NCBI RefSeq assembly: GCF_009914755.1
Contig: NC_060926.1
Direction: 5' to 3' (one strand)
From: the human T2T-CHM13v2.0 reference genome, Homo sapiens
DNA: 64,000 nucleotides
Each line of letters opens with the position of its first letter. Position 1 is the stretch's first letter. Below are positions 28,381-46,231 of this stretch, piece by piece. Position numbers and translations under genes: made by a program. The notes beneath the pieces were generated by a model, which did not search any database, was not told where the DNA came from, and saw only the letters and a list, made by a program, of their open reading frames with translations.

Positions 28381-29442
28381 GAGATTGAAATATTTTTAAC
28401 AATCAAAGAGAGATCTTGGAACTGAGAAATACATTTACTGAACCAAAAATTTCATTAGAGGCTCTCAACAGCAGAATGGATCAAGCAGAGGAAAGAATTA
28501 GTGAACAAAAAGACAAACTATTTGAAAAGAAACAGAGAGGAAAAAGAACAAAAGAATGGAAAAGAATGAAGATAACCTACAAGATATAAAAATTACCTCA
28601 TAAAAAATAAATCTAAATATTATTAGTCTTCAAGAGGTACTTGAGCAAAAGCAAGGGTTAGAAATCTTATATAGAGAAATAATAATAGTAAACTTTCCAA
28701 AATGAGAGAAAGATCTAAGTATATATGTGCAGGGAGGTCAGAGAACACTAAAAAGATTCAACCCTAAGAACACTACCCTCAAGGCATATAATAATCAAAC
28801 TCTTGAAAGTCAAGGACAAAGAGAGGAACATAAAAGCAGCAGGGAAAAGAAACAAATAACACTCAAAGAAGCTCCAGTTTATCTAGCCTCAGCTTTACAA
28901 AATAAAACCATACAGACCAAGAGACAGTAGGAAGACATATTTGAAGTTCTAAAAGAAAGAAACTACCATCAAAGTATATTGTGGTCAGCAAAGCCATTCT
29001 TCAAACATAAAAGAGAGATAAAGTCTTTTCAAACAACAACAACAACAAATGTGATAATTCACCATGACCAGACTTTTCTTACAATAAATACTAAAGGAAG
29101 TTCTTCATCAAGAAAAACAAACAAACAAACAAAACAGGCAGAAACAAAATATCCAAAGATATAAAATTCATTGGTAAATGTACATACATAGACAAACCCA
29201 GAAAACTCTAATATTGTAATGGTGGTGTGAAGTCTGTTCATAACTCTAGGATAAAGTCTGGAAAACAAATCTATAAAAGTAACAGCTATAGCAACCTGAT
29301 AAGAGATAATCAATATAAATAAGTAAACTGAGAAACCTAAAGCTTAAAGTGTGGGGGATGCAGTTAAAGGGTAGAGGTTTATATTTTTAAGTTTTTAATT
29401 TGTTTTTATTGCTTTTCTTTTGATCTTAGATAATTTATCATC

Positions 29443-29886
29443 TGTGATGGTTAATACTGAGTGTCAACTTGATTGAATTGGAGGATATAAGGTATTGATC
29501 CTGAGTGTGTCTGTGAGGGTGTTGCCAAAGGAGATTAGCATTTGAGTCAGTGGGCAGGCAAAGGCGGACCCACCCTTACTTTGGGTGGGCACAATCTAAT
29601 CGGCTGCCAACATGACTAGAATATAAGCAGGCAGAAAAATGTGAAAAGAGAGACTGGCCTAACCTTCCAGCCTACATCTTTCTCCCATGCTGGATGGTTC
29701 CTGCCCTCGAACATCAGACTCCAAGTTCTTCAGTTTTCGAACTCAGGCTGGCTCTCCTTACTCCTCAGTCTGCAGATGGCCTATTGTGGAAACTTGTGAT
29801 CAAGTGAGTTAATACTTAATAAACTCCCCTTTATATATATAACTATTCTATTAATTCTGTCCCTCTCGGGAACCCTGACTAATACA
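29443..29886 (+). mobile_element. MLT2A1-like HERV-L solo LTR
   Basis: tgtgatggttaatactgagtgtcaacttgattg...accctgactaataca; perfect TSD tcatc at 29438-29442 and 29887-29891. Confidence 0.93.
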
Positions 29887-31387
29887 TCATCTTTTAAAAA
29901 TAACTTGTTATTGGTATAAAATGTTTTCTGTAAGCCTCATGGTAACCACAATGCAGAAACCTAAAATAGATACACTGAAAATAAAAAGCAACATATTAAA
30001 ACATACTAAAATAACATAACCACAAAGGAAAACACTAAGAAAGTAGAAAAGATTTACAGCAATCAGCAAAGAAGCAACAAAATGGCATTGTGTTATCATT
30101 TATCTATAATAACACTAAATGTAAATGGACTAAATTATTCAGTTAAAAGACATTGAGTAGCTGAATGGAGACAAGAGCCAACTATATGCTACCTACAATA
30201 AACCCACTTCATCTATAAAGACACATAAACTAAAGTGAAGTGACAAAAAAATCATGAAAATGGAAACCAATGAAGACTAAGTGTAGCTATAGTTATATCA
30301 GATAAAATAGATTACAAGTCAAAGACTTCAAAAAGTGACAAAGAAGGTCACTACATGATAATAAACATGTCAATTCATGAAGAGGATATAACAATTATAA
30401 ACATCTATTCACCCAACACCAGAGTACCCATGTATATAGAGCAAACATTAATAGACCTAAAGGGAGAGAGAAACTGCAATACAAAAATAGTTGAGAACTT
30501 CAACACCTTCCTCTCAGTAATGAACAAAATATATATGATCATTTCACTAAATGACGTGAAAGCATTATATAAAATTTGACATATCCTTATTATAGAAATC
30601 CTCAACACACTGGGTATAGAAGAACATACTTGAAAATAATCAACTTCATATATGACAGACTCACAGCTAACATCACACTGAATGTGAACGTGAATAAAAT
30701 TAGAGATGTTCCTCTAAGATCTTAACAAGATGAGGATGCTCATATTCAACATAATAAAAACTAATACTGGAAGTCCTAGCTAGAGCAATCAGAAAATAAA
30801 AAGAAATAAATTACCTCCAAATTGGAAAGGAAGGAGTCATATTAGCTTTATTCACAGACAGCAACATTTTTTATTTAGAAAACCCTAATGACTCTGCTGA
30901 AAAACTTTTAAAACTGAAACATGAATTGAGTAAAATTGCAGAATACAAAATGAGCATTAAACAATGAGTAGCATTTATATAAACTAACAGCAAGCAATCA
31001 GAAAAAAAATCAAGAAACCAATGCCGTTTACAATAGCTACAAAGAATATAAAATACCCAGAAATTAATTTAACCAAAGAAGTGAAAGATCTATACAAAAT
31101 AACTATAAAACACTGATGAAACAATTTAAAGAGAACCCAAACTTGAAAATGTATTTCATGCTGGTGAATTGGAAGAATTAATATTGTTAAATTGAATATT
31201 ACCCAAAGCAATTTACAGATTCAATGGAATTTTTATAAAAAATATTAATGATACTATTCACAAAAATAGGAAAAAATATTCTAAAATGTATATGGAATCA
31301 CAAAAAGTTCTGAATAGCTAAAGCAATCCTGAGGAAATAAACAAACCAGGAGGCATCACACAGTCTGTCTTAAAAATACACTACGGC

Positions 31388-31747
<360 letters not shown>

Positions 31748-33305
31748 AAAAATATGCTACGGAGCTTTAATAATGAAATCAGCATTGTACTGGCATAAAC
31801 ACAAACATAGACCAACGCAACAGAATAGGTAACCCAGATATTAATCTCAACTCATTTTTGACAAGTCACCAAGAACACACATTGGGGAAGAAACAGTCTA
31901 TTCAATAAATGGTGCCAGGAAAACTGGATAACTGTATGCACAAGAATGAAACCACACCCCTATTTCTCACCATATAATAAATCAAATCAAAATGAGTTAA
32001 AGTCTTAAACCCAAGACCTAAAACTAAGAAATTACCATAAGAAAACATTGGGGAAGTGTGTGAGGATATTGATCTGGGCAAATAGTTCTGGAGTAAAACA
32101 TCAAAAGCGCAGGCCACCAAAGCAAACATAGTCATAGGATTACGTCAAGCTATAAATCTTTCACACAGTAAAGGAAACAATTAACAAAGTGAAGAGACAA
32201 CCCACACAATGAGAGAAAATATTTGCAAACTACCCATATGATAAGGGCTTAAGAATTAGAATAGATAGAATACAGAATAATACATAGAAATACATAGAAT
32301 ATATTAGAATGTAGAATTAGAAGCTTAAAAAACTCAACAGCAAAAATTCAAATAATATAATTTAAGCGTGGCAAAATATCTGAATTCACATTTATCAGAG
32401 GAAGATATATAAATGCCCAACAGCTACATAAAAATTTTCAACATCACTAATCATCAGAGAAATGCAAATCAAAACTTCAATTAGAAATCATCTCACCCCA
32501 GTTTAAATGGCTTTTATCAAAAAGAAAAGAGTGGATGTTGGTGAAGATGTGAAGAAAAGGAACACTTGTACACCGTTGGTCGGGATGTCAATTGGTACAG
32601 GCACTATGGAAAACAGTATGCAGGCTCCTCATAAACACAAAAACTAAACTACCATATGATCTAGCAATTCCACTACTGGGTATATATCCAAAAGAAAGGA
32701 AATTAATACATCGAGGAGATATTGGCATTCCCATGTTTGTTACAGCATTATTCACAATAGCCAAAATATGGAGTCAACCCAACTGCCCATGGATCATGAT
32801 TGTCAATCTATGTACATGTAATATGTAATCAACGGATGAATGGATAAAGAAAATGTGGTATATATACATATGGAATATTATTCAGCCATAAAATGTTTTA
32901 AAATCCTGCTATTTACAGCAACATGGATGGAACTGGAGGTCCTTATGTGAAGTGAAATAAGCCAAGCACAGAAAGACAAATGTCACATGTTCTTACTCAT
33001 GTGTGGGAGCTAAAAAGGTGGATCTCATGAAAATAGAGTAGATTGGTGTTTGTCAAGGGTCAGGAAGGGCAGGCAGGAGAGGGGATAAAAAGAGGTTGAT
33101 TAATGGTTGCAAATATACAGTTAGAAGAAATAAGACCTAGTGTTCAATAGATCAAGAGGGTGAGTATTGTTAACAAAATCTTTTGTACATTACTAAGTAG
33201 AGAATAATTCAAATGTTTCTAGAATAAAGAAAAGATAAATACCTATGGTGATGGATATTGCAATTACCCTGATTTGATGTTTACACGAGTGTATCAGAAT
33301 ATTAC

Positions 33306-36600
<3,295 letters not shown>

Positions 36601-37506
36601 ATATCACTTTGGAGAAGTATTTTCTAAATTGTGAATGCTAAGTATGTATGTCCTGTGTCAAACACAAATCTAGCAAGTTAGAGTGACCGCAACTAACCTG
36701 TAAAAATTTTCCTATAGCTACAAAGTCAAAAGCATTATTCCGCAGCATTTTGCTCACATTGGCATACTGTGGGACATTCTAAGTCAAGGCTTATTTCTGT
36801 CACTAGAAATGAGAAAGGTAAATGGTCTACTTAGTTCAAATTCTCATAAAAATAACGCCATTAACAGAGATGTTTAAATCATATTCTTAGTTTTACTTAG
36901 TGACACTTTTTAAATTTTCTACATTATTTGTTCATACTTGTATATCTTATTATCTCTTCATATGAAATCATACATGATAAATACTTTAGAGATCTTGGTT
37001 CCATGAAAATATTTCCATTTTCTACAGTATCTGCTTTCTTCCTTTAGTTAGAAAATAGAAACTGCATAAATATTGTCACTTTTTTCTGGACTTCCAGGAA
37101 ATATATTGCTGAAGTTAGAACTAACTTAAAACACATAATAACCTAATATTACCCATGATTTTAGTATTTACACCCTCCACTTATATAATGTAAATTGATA
37201 TAATTAAATTTACATTGTTATATGCAAATGTATGTAAATTTAATTTTTCCTAAGTCTTTTTAAAAGTTCTACTAAATATACACAGTAAGATATAGATAAA
37301 AATAAAGCTGCTAGGAAATTTCCATTTTTCCAATTTTTACACACAACTGTACAATGAACCAAAAAAGATCCATTCAAATGCAGACATTGCATTATATTTA
37401 CTTATACTTGCTTTTCTCATGAAAATTTCAATTCAACATTTTTATCTATATTTTTCATTTAGTTTCAAATTTTGTATATATTAACATCTAAACCCATTAC
37501 ACTTTC

Positions 37507-37812
37507 TTTTTTTTTTTTTTTTTTTTTTTTGAGAGAGTCTCACTCTGTCACCAAGCCTGGAGGGCAGTGGCGCGATCTCAGCTCACTGCAAGCTCTGCCT
37601 CCCGGGTTCACGCGCCATCCTTCTGCCTCAGCCTCCCTAGTAGCTGGAACTAGAGGTGCCCGTCGCCACACCTGGCTAATTTTTTTGTATTTTTAGTAGA
37701 GACGGGGTTTCACCATGTTAGCCAGGGTGGTCTCGATCTCCTCTCCTTGTGATCCGCTTGCCTCAGCCTCCCAAAGTGCTGGGATTACAGGCGTGAGCCA
37801 CCGCGCCCAGCC
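37507..37812 (-). mobile_element. AluY
   Basis: gcaagctctgcctcccgggttcacg and gttagccag; TSD ta(c/t)actttctttt. Confidence 0.92.
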
Positions 37813-37821
37813 TATACTTTC

Positions 37822-38103
37822 TTTTCTTGAGACAGGTTCTCACTCTGTTACTCAGGCTGAAGTGCAGTGGTGCAATTATGGCTCACTATAAAACCTTGAA
37901 TTTCTGGTCTTGGGTGCTCCTCCTGCCTCCCTGAGTAGCTGGGAGTACAGGCCCAAGGCAGCATGCTTGCCTTTTTATTTTTTGTAGCGACCAGAGTATC
38001 ACTATGTTCCCCAAGCTGGTCTCAAACTCCTGGCTCCAAGCAATCCTCCCACCTCCGCTTCTCAAAGAGCTGAGATTACAGATGTGAGCCACTGCACCCA
38101 ACC
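37822..38103 (-). mobile_element. AluJ (Jo/Jr-like)
   Basis: Highly diverged; caaactcctggctccaagcaatcctccc is J-diagnostic. Confidence 0.88.
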
Positions 38104-38919
38104 TTCATTATACTTTTTATCACACTGCTTGTTTATCTAAAAGCTGAAATACAGAGCTCTCACAATTCATATAGTCGTGTAGTCTCCTAGAGAATACGCA
38201 TACAATTTTGGAAAAGCATAGAAAAAATCCAAAGATCTCCTAATTAGTCCCCTAGAGAATCATTAGAATAAACAAAAGTATAGAAATTTAATCTCACAGG
38301 TACCATTTAACAGAATCCTAATAAAGTGTTACATATTTTTCAATACTATTTTAAAGTGAACACAGATGAGTTATTTGCATTATAATCAGGGGATCAGCAC
38401 GAGCAGGGTGTTTAAATAAATATTATATCAAAATGAATTGCATTCTCACAGGTTGGCTACCCCAACTCTGTTCTGATTATGTTTACTTTTCCTCTCTGGG
38501 TCTTATTTGCTAAATTTCTGCCCGGTACAACGATGCATTTCCACTTTTATTTTTAAGAGCAAAGTCCAGTTTAAGCAACCTGCAGTGGAAATTTGATAAT
38601 CAATTATTTACATTTTTAACCTGTTCTCCAGCGAAGTCTCTGATGGCAAGCAAAAGCAGTCAATCTCTAAAATGCCAGCTTCTATTCCTATCATTTCCTT
38701 AAATATAGAGACCATTTATGAGAACTAGGGAGGGAATTGGGAATGTAGGTGTGTGTGCTGTGTGTGAGGTTGGTGGGAGGGACTGGGGTTGCTGAAATGG
38801 TGTAGACAGTTGGTCCACTCCATAGACTTCCTTTATCAGTGGAGATGCTGCTGTCTAAATTGATCAGCGGTTTCCATGACAGCAAATCTAGATAATTTGT
38901 CTTCCACAGCCCTTGCTGT

Positions 38920-38947
38920 GGATTTAAGGATTTAAGGATTTAAGGAT
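38920..38947 (+). repeat. (GGATTTAA)3.5 tandem repeat
   Basis: ggatttaaggatttaaggatttaaggat. Confidence 0.9.
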
Positions 38948-39879
38948 CAAATTATTTTAAAAATTACCTAGTTTTCTATTCCAAAGTTATCACCTCACAT
39001 ACTAGTTGTTAGAAAGTAGAGACAGTTTCTTTATGAAAAAATATTGAAACTGCTTTCCCACAGAAATATTAGCATGTCAAATTTTATGCATACCTACTCC
39101 TCAGAGATTTTTTTTTCAAACCACACCTGCACAGAATTGAATTTTAAAGTGAGTGTTTTGTTGCTGAAGCTTTTTACAAAGGTAGACAATGTTTATTATT
39201 TGTAAAGAGAATAAAGCAGGCAAACTATACAGAAATATTGAAATGGAAGACATTTCTAAAAATTTTGGCATTTCCTTATACATTCCCATGGCTACTTTAT
39301 GAATCATTATCCCTGTGAATTAGATCAAACCAGCCTGCTTCCAGCTCATCTAAACTCCTATAAGCTGTAGTTCATTATGCTATTCAGAAATACAATCACA
39401 TAGTTAATTAGAATGTTAGGTGGACACATGAGCCTGACAATTCTAAATATTATTATTATTTCTAGGTATTTTATGTCATCTAATGCATTTAGGACATATA
39501 GGACATGTATTCTGCAAAATAATTGATGAGGAGACAATCTAAGACAACATACTGCACCTGGTAAACTCCTCTTACCAGGAGTTCTTCTATATAGTATGAG
39601 TCAAAGTTTCATTAAAACAACAATCTGCATGTTTCAGAACAAGTCTGGAAAACCGTGGGAAGAACAATCTGGCTACCGTGTGGTCATATAACCTGCAGGA
39701 AATAGACTATTCATATGCACATGTTTGTTCTTAGATCTCAGACCTTTGGCAAAAAACACAGGAGCATTTGAATGTAGTTTTCTGTGTGTCACTCAGATTT
39801 TCTTCAATATCTGATATCTGGTGTCATGCAGGAGTCCTAGAGCAAGAAAATTGCAAGAAGAAGCCCAAAAGAGCATGTG

Positions 39880-42165
39880 AAATCACAAACAACACAAATA
39901 TAGATTAAAAAAACAACAAAACAATAAAATAAAAAAATCTAAAAGATTACCAAAAGGAAGAAAAACGAAAAAAGTACAGATGGAAGATATAATTAATAAT
40001 AGAAATATGGTGGATTTAAATTTAACCATTGACTATTATACAGATGTAATGGGAATAAATACCTCAGCTAAAAGAGATCGTTACTTGGATAATAAAGACA
40101 GACTCACCTGCATGGTCCTCAACGGAAATGCACTACTCCAACAACATACAAATAGGTTAAACAAACCAGATGAAAAAGATGCAAAACACTAACATCCCTT
40201 ATAAGAGAAAGCCAAAATGGCTATCTAAATATTTGACAAAATTGTTTTCAGAGCAAATGCATTTTTCAGAGGTATAGAATCTCATTTCATAATGATAAAC
40301 ATGTCAGTTCATTTATAGAAAATAATATTCCTAAACATTTACAAACCTAGTAACAGACTTTCAAAATCCATGAAGCAGAAACCAGTGCAACTACAAGAAG
40401 AAATAGATAAGTTCAAACTTATCATCAAAGATTTCCATACCTTCTCTCAACTACTGATAGAACATTTAGTCAGAAAATCAGTAAAAATATAGATGGCTAA
40501 AATAACTCTGTCAACTAACTTGATCTAATGTCATAAGGCATCCCACTTAACAATATCAAAATATAAACATCCTTTTCATGTTCACGTGAGACATTTATGA
40601 AGCTAGATTATTTCCTGAGCTATTAAAAAAATCTCAATTTATTTAAAAGGATCCAATTTATACAAAATATATTCTCTGAGCACATTTGATTAAATTTGAA
40701 TTCAATACCAGAATGTTATCGCGTTTTCCTCAAAGTTTAGAAAATAAATAACACACTGATAAATGACCCTATGGGTTAACAACAACAACAACAACAACAA
40801 CAACAAATCAAAGGGACTATTAGAAAGTATTCTGAATTGAATAACAGTGAAAACACAATGTATCACCATTTGTGGCACGCTGCTAAGGCAGTATTTAGAG
40901 GGATACATATAACAGCAAATGGTTACTTTAGAATATAAGAAACGTAGCAAAGCTCATGCTCCATCTGAAGAAGCTAGAAAAAAAAAACTCGAGGTAAACC
41001 AGAAGCAAGTGAAATAAAGAAAATATAATAATAAAAGTTACAGCAGAAATCAATAAGATTGAAAACAGGAAAGCAAAAGAGAAAATCGATGAAAAACATT
41101 GACTCATTGAAGTGATCATGGTAATGAAAAAAACTTGTAGCAAGACTGATATGAATAAAGGAAGAAAAACACACATTACCAATATCAGGAAGTGAAGAAA
41201 TGATGTCAATGCCTATTATATAAATAAAGAAAAAATAAGTGATATTAAGAACTTTTTTCAATGTAATAACTTGAATGAAATGAACAACTAAAAAATACTA
41301 CTGAAATTTGCTTAAGAAATAGAAAAAATGATTAACCCATATCTATTAAATACATTGATTTGAATGTGTACTTTTAAACCTTCCTACGAAGAAAACTACA
41401 TGCACACATGACATCAATGTAAATTTTGTCAATACTTCAGGAAGAAATAATACCAATCTACACAAATACTTCCAGAAAATTAAAGAAGTAGGAATACTTC
41501 TCCATACATTCTATAAGGTTAGCATTACCCTAATGCCAAAACAGCCAAAGAAAAAGTACAAGGAAGGTAACAAACAAAATAAAATTGGAAATCAAAATAC
41601 CTCATGGACAAAAGTGCAATAATTATAAACTAAACTTGAGGAAATCAAGTTTATAAATAGCAAATAACAATTTTATAAATCACAAAATAATAAATAAAAG
41701 AATAAAACATAATTACCAAGTGAGATTTATTCCTAGAATGCATAGTCGGTTTCCCATTCTTAAATCATTAAATAAAATCTATTACATTCACAAACTAAAA
41801 GAGAAAAAAATATCCATAATGCTCTATTTAGACACAGAACAAATAAAGTAATAAAATCCAATATCTGTTCCAGATAAACTCTCAGCACTGGGAATAGTTG
41901 GGAACTTCTTCAACTTGATAGTCGGCACTTATTAAAATCTTATAGCTAACCAGATATTTAATGTTCTAAAGCTGAATGTTTTCCCCAAGATCAGGAACAA
42001 ACCAAGAATATTCTGTATCGCCACTTCTATTCAAAACATTGTACTGGAGGTTGTATGTAGTAAGAACAATAAAGCAAGAAAAAGAAAAGGAATACAGATT
42101 GAAAGGGAAAAAAGTAAAAATCTCTTTCTTGAAGATAACCCTAATTATCTGTTTAAAATCAAATG
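39880..42165 (+). mobile_element. Old L1M ORF2 (endonuclease to RT), decayed; (CAA)n at 40778-40806
   Basis: ORF 41976-42173 FSPRSGTNQEYSVSPLLF matches the L1 RT motif FPLRSGTRQGCPLSPLLF; cattctataaggttagcattaccctaatgccaaaac. Confidence 0.85.
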
Positions 42166-42615
42166 GTCCATGATTGGTAGAACTAGGACTCTCATCCAGG
42201 TCTATTGGACTATGCAGGCCATTCAGACATACAACAGCTATACAGCGTCATTAAAAGAGTACACTTCACTAAGATTTGATAATTAAAATATGTAAGTGTA
42301 ATGACGTGATCCACATAAGTATAAAAGGCAAAATAGTTGTTAAAGAAGACCTAACGAAGGATTAAATGTATGAACTATTTAGCTAAATAAAGGTTGGCAT
42401 TCATTGCCCAGTTTAAATGTAGAGCAATTTGTAATAAAATGACTTTGCTTTGACTTAATTTTTAAACAGCCTTTAAAAAAATTAAGGCATAGTTAGCTTC
42501 AACATATAAAGGGCTTGGAAGTAATCACTCTATTATAAGAAGAAAAAACACTGAACGAACTGAAAACTGATAGGTTTTCTTGGACTCATGAGAGAAATGA
42601 GATTAGAGCAGACAG

Positions 42616-42999
42616 TGTATTAGTCCATTTTTACACTGCTATAAAGAATTGCCTGAGACTGGGTAATTTAGAAAGGAAAGGTGTTTGATTTACAGTTTCA
42701 CATGGCGGGGTGGCGGGGGGGGGTCTCAGGAAACTTACAATCATGGTGGAAGGTGAAGGGGAAGCAAGGTGCCTTCTTCACAAAGCGGCAGGAGGGAGAA
42801 TGAATGCAGGAGGAACTACCAATCACATAAAACCATCAGACCTTGTGAGAACTCACTATCACAAGAACAGCTAGGGGAAACCACCCACATGATTCAATTA
42901 CTTCCACCTGGTCTCTCCTTGACACATGAGGATTACAGGGATGATGGAGGTTATATTTCAAGAAGAGATTTTGGGAGGGGACATGGCCCTACCATATAA
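42616..42999 (-). mobile_element. THE1 (THE1D-like) solo LTR
   Basis: tgtattagtccattt...ggaaacttacaatcatggtggaagg...accatataa; TSD (g/a)acag at 42611-42615 and 43000-43004. Confidence 0.92.
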
Positions 43000-43918
43000 A
43001 ACAGTAACCCTGAAATCTGGACAGATGTGAATACAGAGAATCCCAGCCGAGAGTAGCCGATCAGATGCAGGAGTTGCTGAAGCCATAAACTGGTGGGAAC
43101 ATCGCCTTGGTAATTGTGAACTTTCCGGAGGCTGAGTGTGGACTACCTTGAGAGTGGAGGCTCTTGTCTTAGAAGACCATGCACATTTTCATGGGCTTTA
43201 TTTCCAGGAACCCCACCAAGTTCTCCTGGTAAAAGCATAAGAAGAATCCTCTCCTGTTTCTGGCAAGAGGAGAAAAGTCAACTTTCTGAAATGCTCCTAG
43301 AGCATTATCTGTAATGAAGGCACACTCTCTAAAGAAAAGGCATTTCCAGATACTTACAAACTTAGGGAAGTGCAGTTATCCAACTCCAGCCTTTCTGTCT
43401 CAGCAAAGCAGATGTTGGAGAGGTTAAGAAAAACTTCTCAAGTTCACAGCCCAGGGACATGGGCAGCTAACAGACAGATTTAACTGTAAGGTAGCGTCAT
43501 GCTTCAACCACACCTACTTCTGCCCCTCCACGCACACATACCATAATACCAAGTCAACAAGTCACCAATAAAATCAAGTGTATCATGGACACTATTTAAG
43601 AAATAATTCTTAGAGAAACTTGAGGCCAGAGTGGTGACAAAAACAAGGAAAGTAGAGGAAACTGATACTTTAGCACCTATAGCTGTCATGAGCATTAAAC
43701 ACATCTCAGCTTCTAGCAGATTACCCTAAAAGTTCACTCTAAAGTCCTGTTTACCTTAGTTCCTATCACCAGATACATCACATATCTGGATTTCAACAGA
43801 AAAACAATCAAACAAACACAAACTGAATGTACGTTAAAAGGCAAGAAAAAACACAGTCTAAAGAGACAAAGCAAGCATCAAAATCAGACTCAGATATAAC
43901 AGAGATTTGGGAATTGTC

Positions 43919-44590
43919 TGTGTGTAGTGAAGAAACTGGCCTTGTCCAAAGAGAGCTGACCTTTTTCTCCAGTAGCTGGGAGCTTTCGGAACTTCTAAAT
44001 CACTGCAAATTCTAAGTGAGGGGATTGTCATTGTTTTTCATGGGAGGCCCCTCAGAGCACACCTGATAGACAATACCAATGTTGAGACTCATGCTGGGTC
44101 TGTCAGATCATGTAGTATGAGTTTGACCTTTGGGAGAGGGTGGGTGAAAAGCCAGGTTGGCAATGCTCCATGCCTATGTGTAGTGTCACACAAAGATGGC
44201 AGGGAGGGAGAGAGTATGTCCTGAAGACAATGAAAGCTTTGCACTAGGGACCCTCCTAGACTCTACTCTATGCATTCCTTCCTTTGTCTTGTTTAAATTT
44301 GTGTCTCTGCCCTGTATTAAACTTTGTCTGTGAATGTAATAGCTTTCAATCAATTCTGTGAGTCTTTCTAATAAACCATTGCAGTGGAAGATGATTTGGG
44401 GAAACCTCTAACATTGCAGCTGGTGTTCAAAGTGAGAGTAGTCTCCTGTGGACTCTTCCCTCTCAGTTGGAAGTTGGACCCTCACTCCTTGCAGCTGGGG
44501 TTAGAAGTATTGGCTAGTGCTGGCTTTGTGGAAGACTATGCCCTTTGTGGAAGCCCTTAACTGAACAGTTTGGCCAACTCTGAGTAATCT
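43919..44590 (+). mobile_element. MER21/MER77-family ERVL LTR
   Basis: ggccttgtccaaagagag...tcatgggaggcccctcagagcacacctgatag...ttctgtgagtctttcta. It interrupts L1 ORF1 sequence. Confidence 0.7.
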
Positions 44591-44738
44591 CTAGGGAATG
44601 TGAAAATCACTATGATAAATATTTTAAGAGCTAATGCAAAAAAATAGACAACATCAAAGAACAGACAGGCAAGACACCTGCATAAGACATGAACTGGAAT
44701 AGTGTTAACTGGATGTATATATTGTTTAGTTAGAAATT

Positions 44739-44758
44739 TATCTATCTATCTATCTAAC

Positions 44759-44810
<52 letters not shown>

Positions 44811-44834
44811 ATCATCTATCTATATCATCTATCA
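44739..44834 (+). repeat. Compound (TCTA)n / GATA-type tetranucleotide STR
   Basis: (TCTA)4 ACCTA (TCTA)12, then degenerate units. Confidence 0.97.
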
Positions 44835-45825
44835 AGGGAAACACTAACATAGTTTTATAAGAAAGTATTATTGATATACTGAGAGAGGAGAAATAATTAA
44901 ATCATATAAAATGTTCAATTACAATGAGAGAAGGCATAAAATGGGGGGAAGATTAAAAGAAAAGAAAAAAGAACAGTTGCAATAAATTGAATACAATTAC
45001 AAAATGGTAGCTGTTACTCCAACTACTGTATATCAATAACCATTTTAAGTAGAAATGGTCTAAATATACCAATTAAAAACAGAGATGATCAGAGTAGCTA
45101 TAAATACTTGATCCAGCTCTATATTATCTGTGCGAAATCAATTTTAAATATAAAGACACAGGTAGATTAAAGGGAAAGAGTGGAAAATATATATGTTATG
45201 CCAAATCTAATCATAAGAATACTGGAGTGACCATACTAAGTTGAGATAAAATAGATTGTATAACAACAAAAATTACAGGAATAAAGAACTTTAAATAATG
45301 ACAAAAAGGTCAATTCTCCAATAAGATATTTCAATCCTTAGTTTATACACACCTAAAAAAAGACAGTCAAAGTGTGTGAGACAAAAATCATAGCTGCTAG
45401 AGGAAATGAGTGAATTCATTTTTATATTTGAAGACTTCAACACTGTTTTTCAGTAATTGATACCTGCAGCGGGCAGAAAATCCATAAGGTTTTAGTTGAA
45501 CTGACAACATTCTTAATCAACTTGACGTACTTGACATATAAAACATTTCAGTCAAGAAGAGCAGAATGCACTTTCTGCTCAAGCTCACATGGAACATTTA
45601 CCAGCAGCACTAACACTGGGCCATAAAACACACCCTAACAAATTTATAGGAATAGAAATCATACAAAATAATAATTTTTTGTAATTAGCCTGGAAATCAC
45701 CAACAAAAAGATAACTGGAAAATCCCAAATACTAAATGGTTAAACAAAATGACTTCTAAATAACACATATGTCAAAGAAAAAGTCTCTAGAATTGTTTAA
45801 TTGAACCACAATAAAAATAAAATAA

Positions 45826-46231
<406 letters not shown>

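Noticed and set aside
37187-37216. 10-bp inverted repeat aatgtaaatt/aatttacatt
   Set aside because: Expected by chance in very AT-rich DNA.
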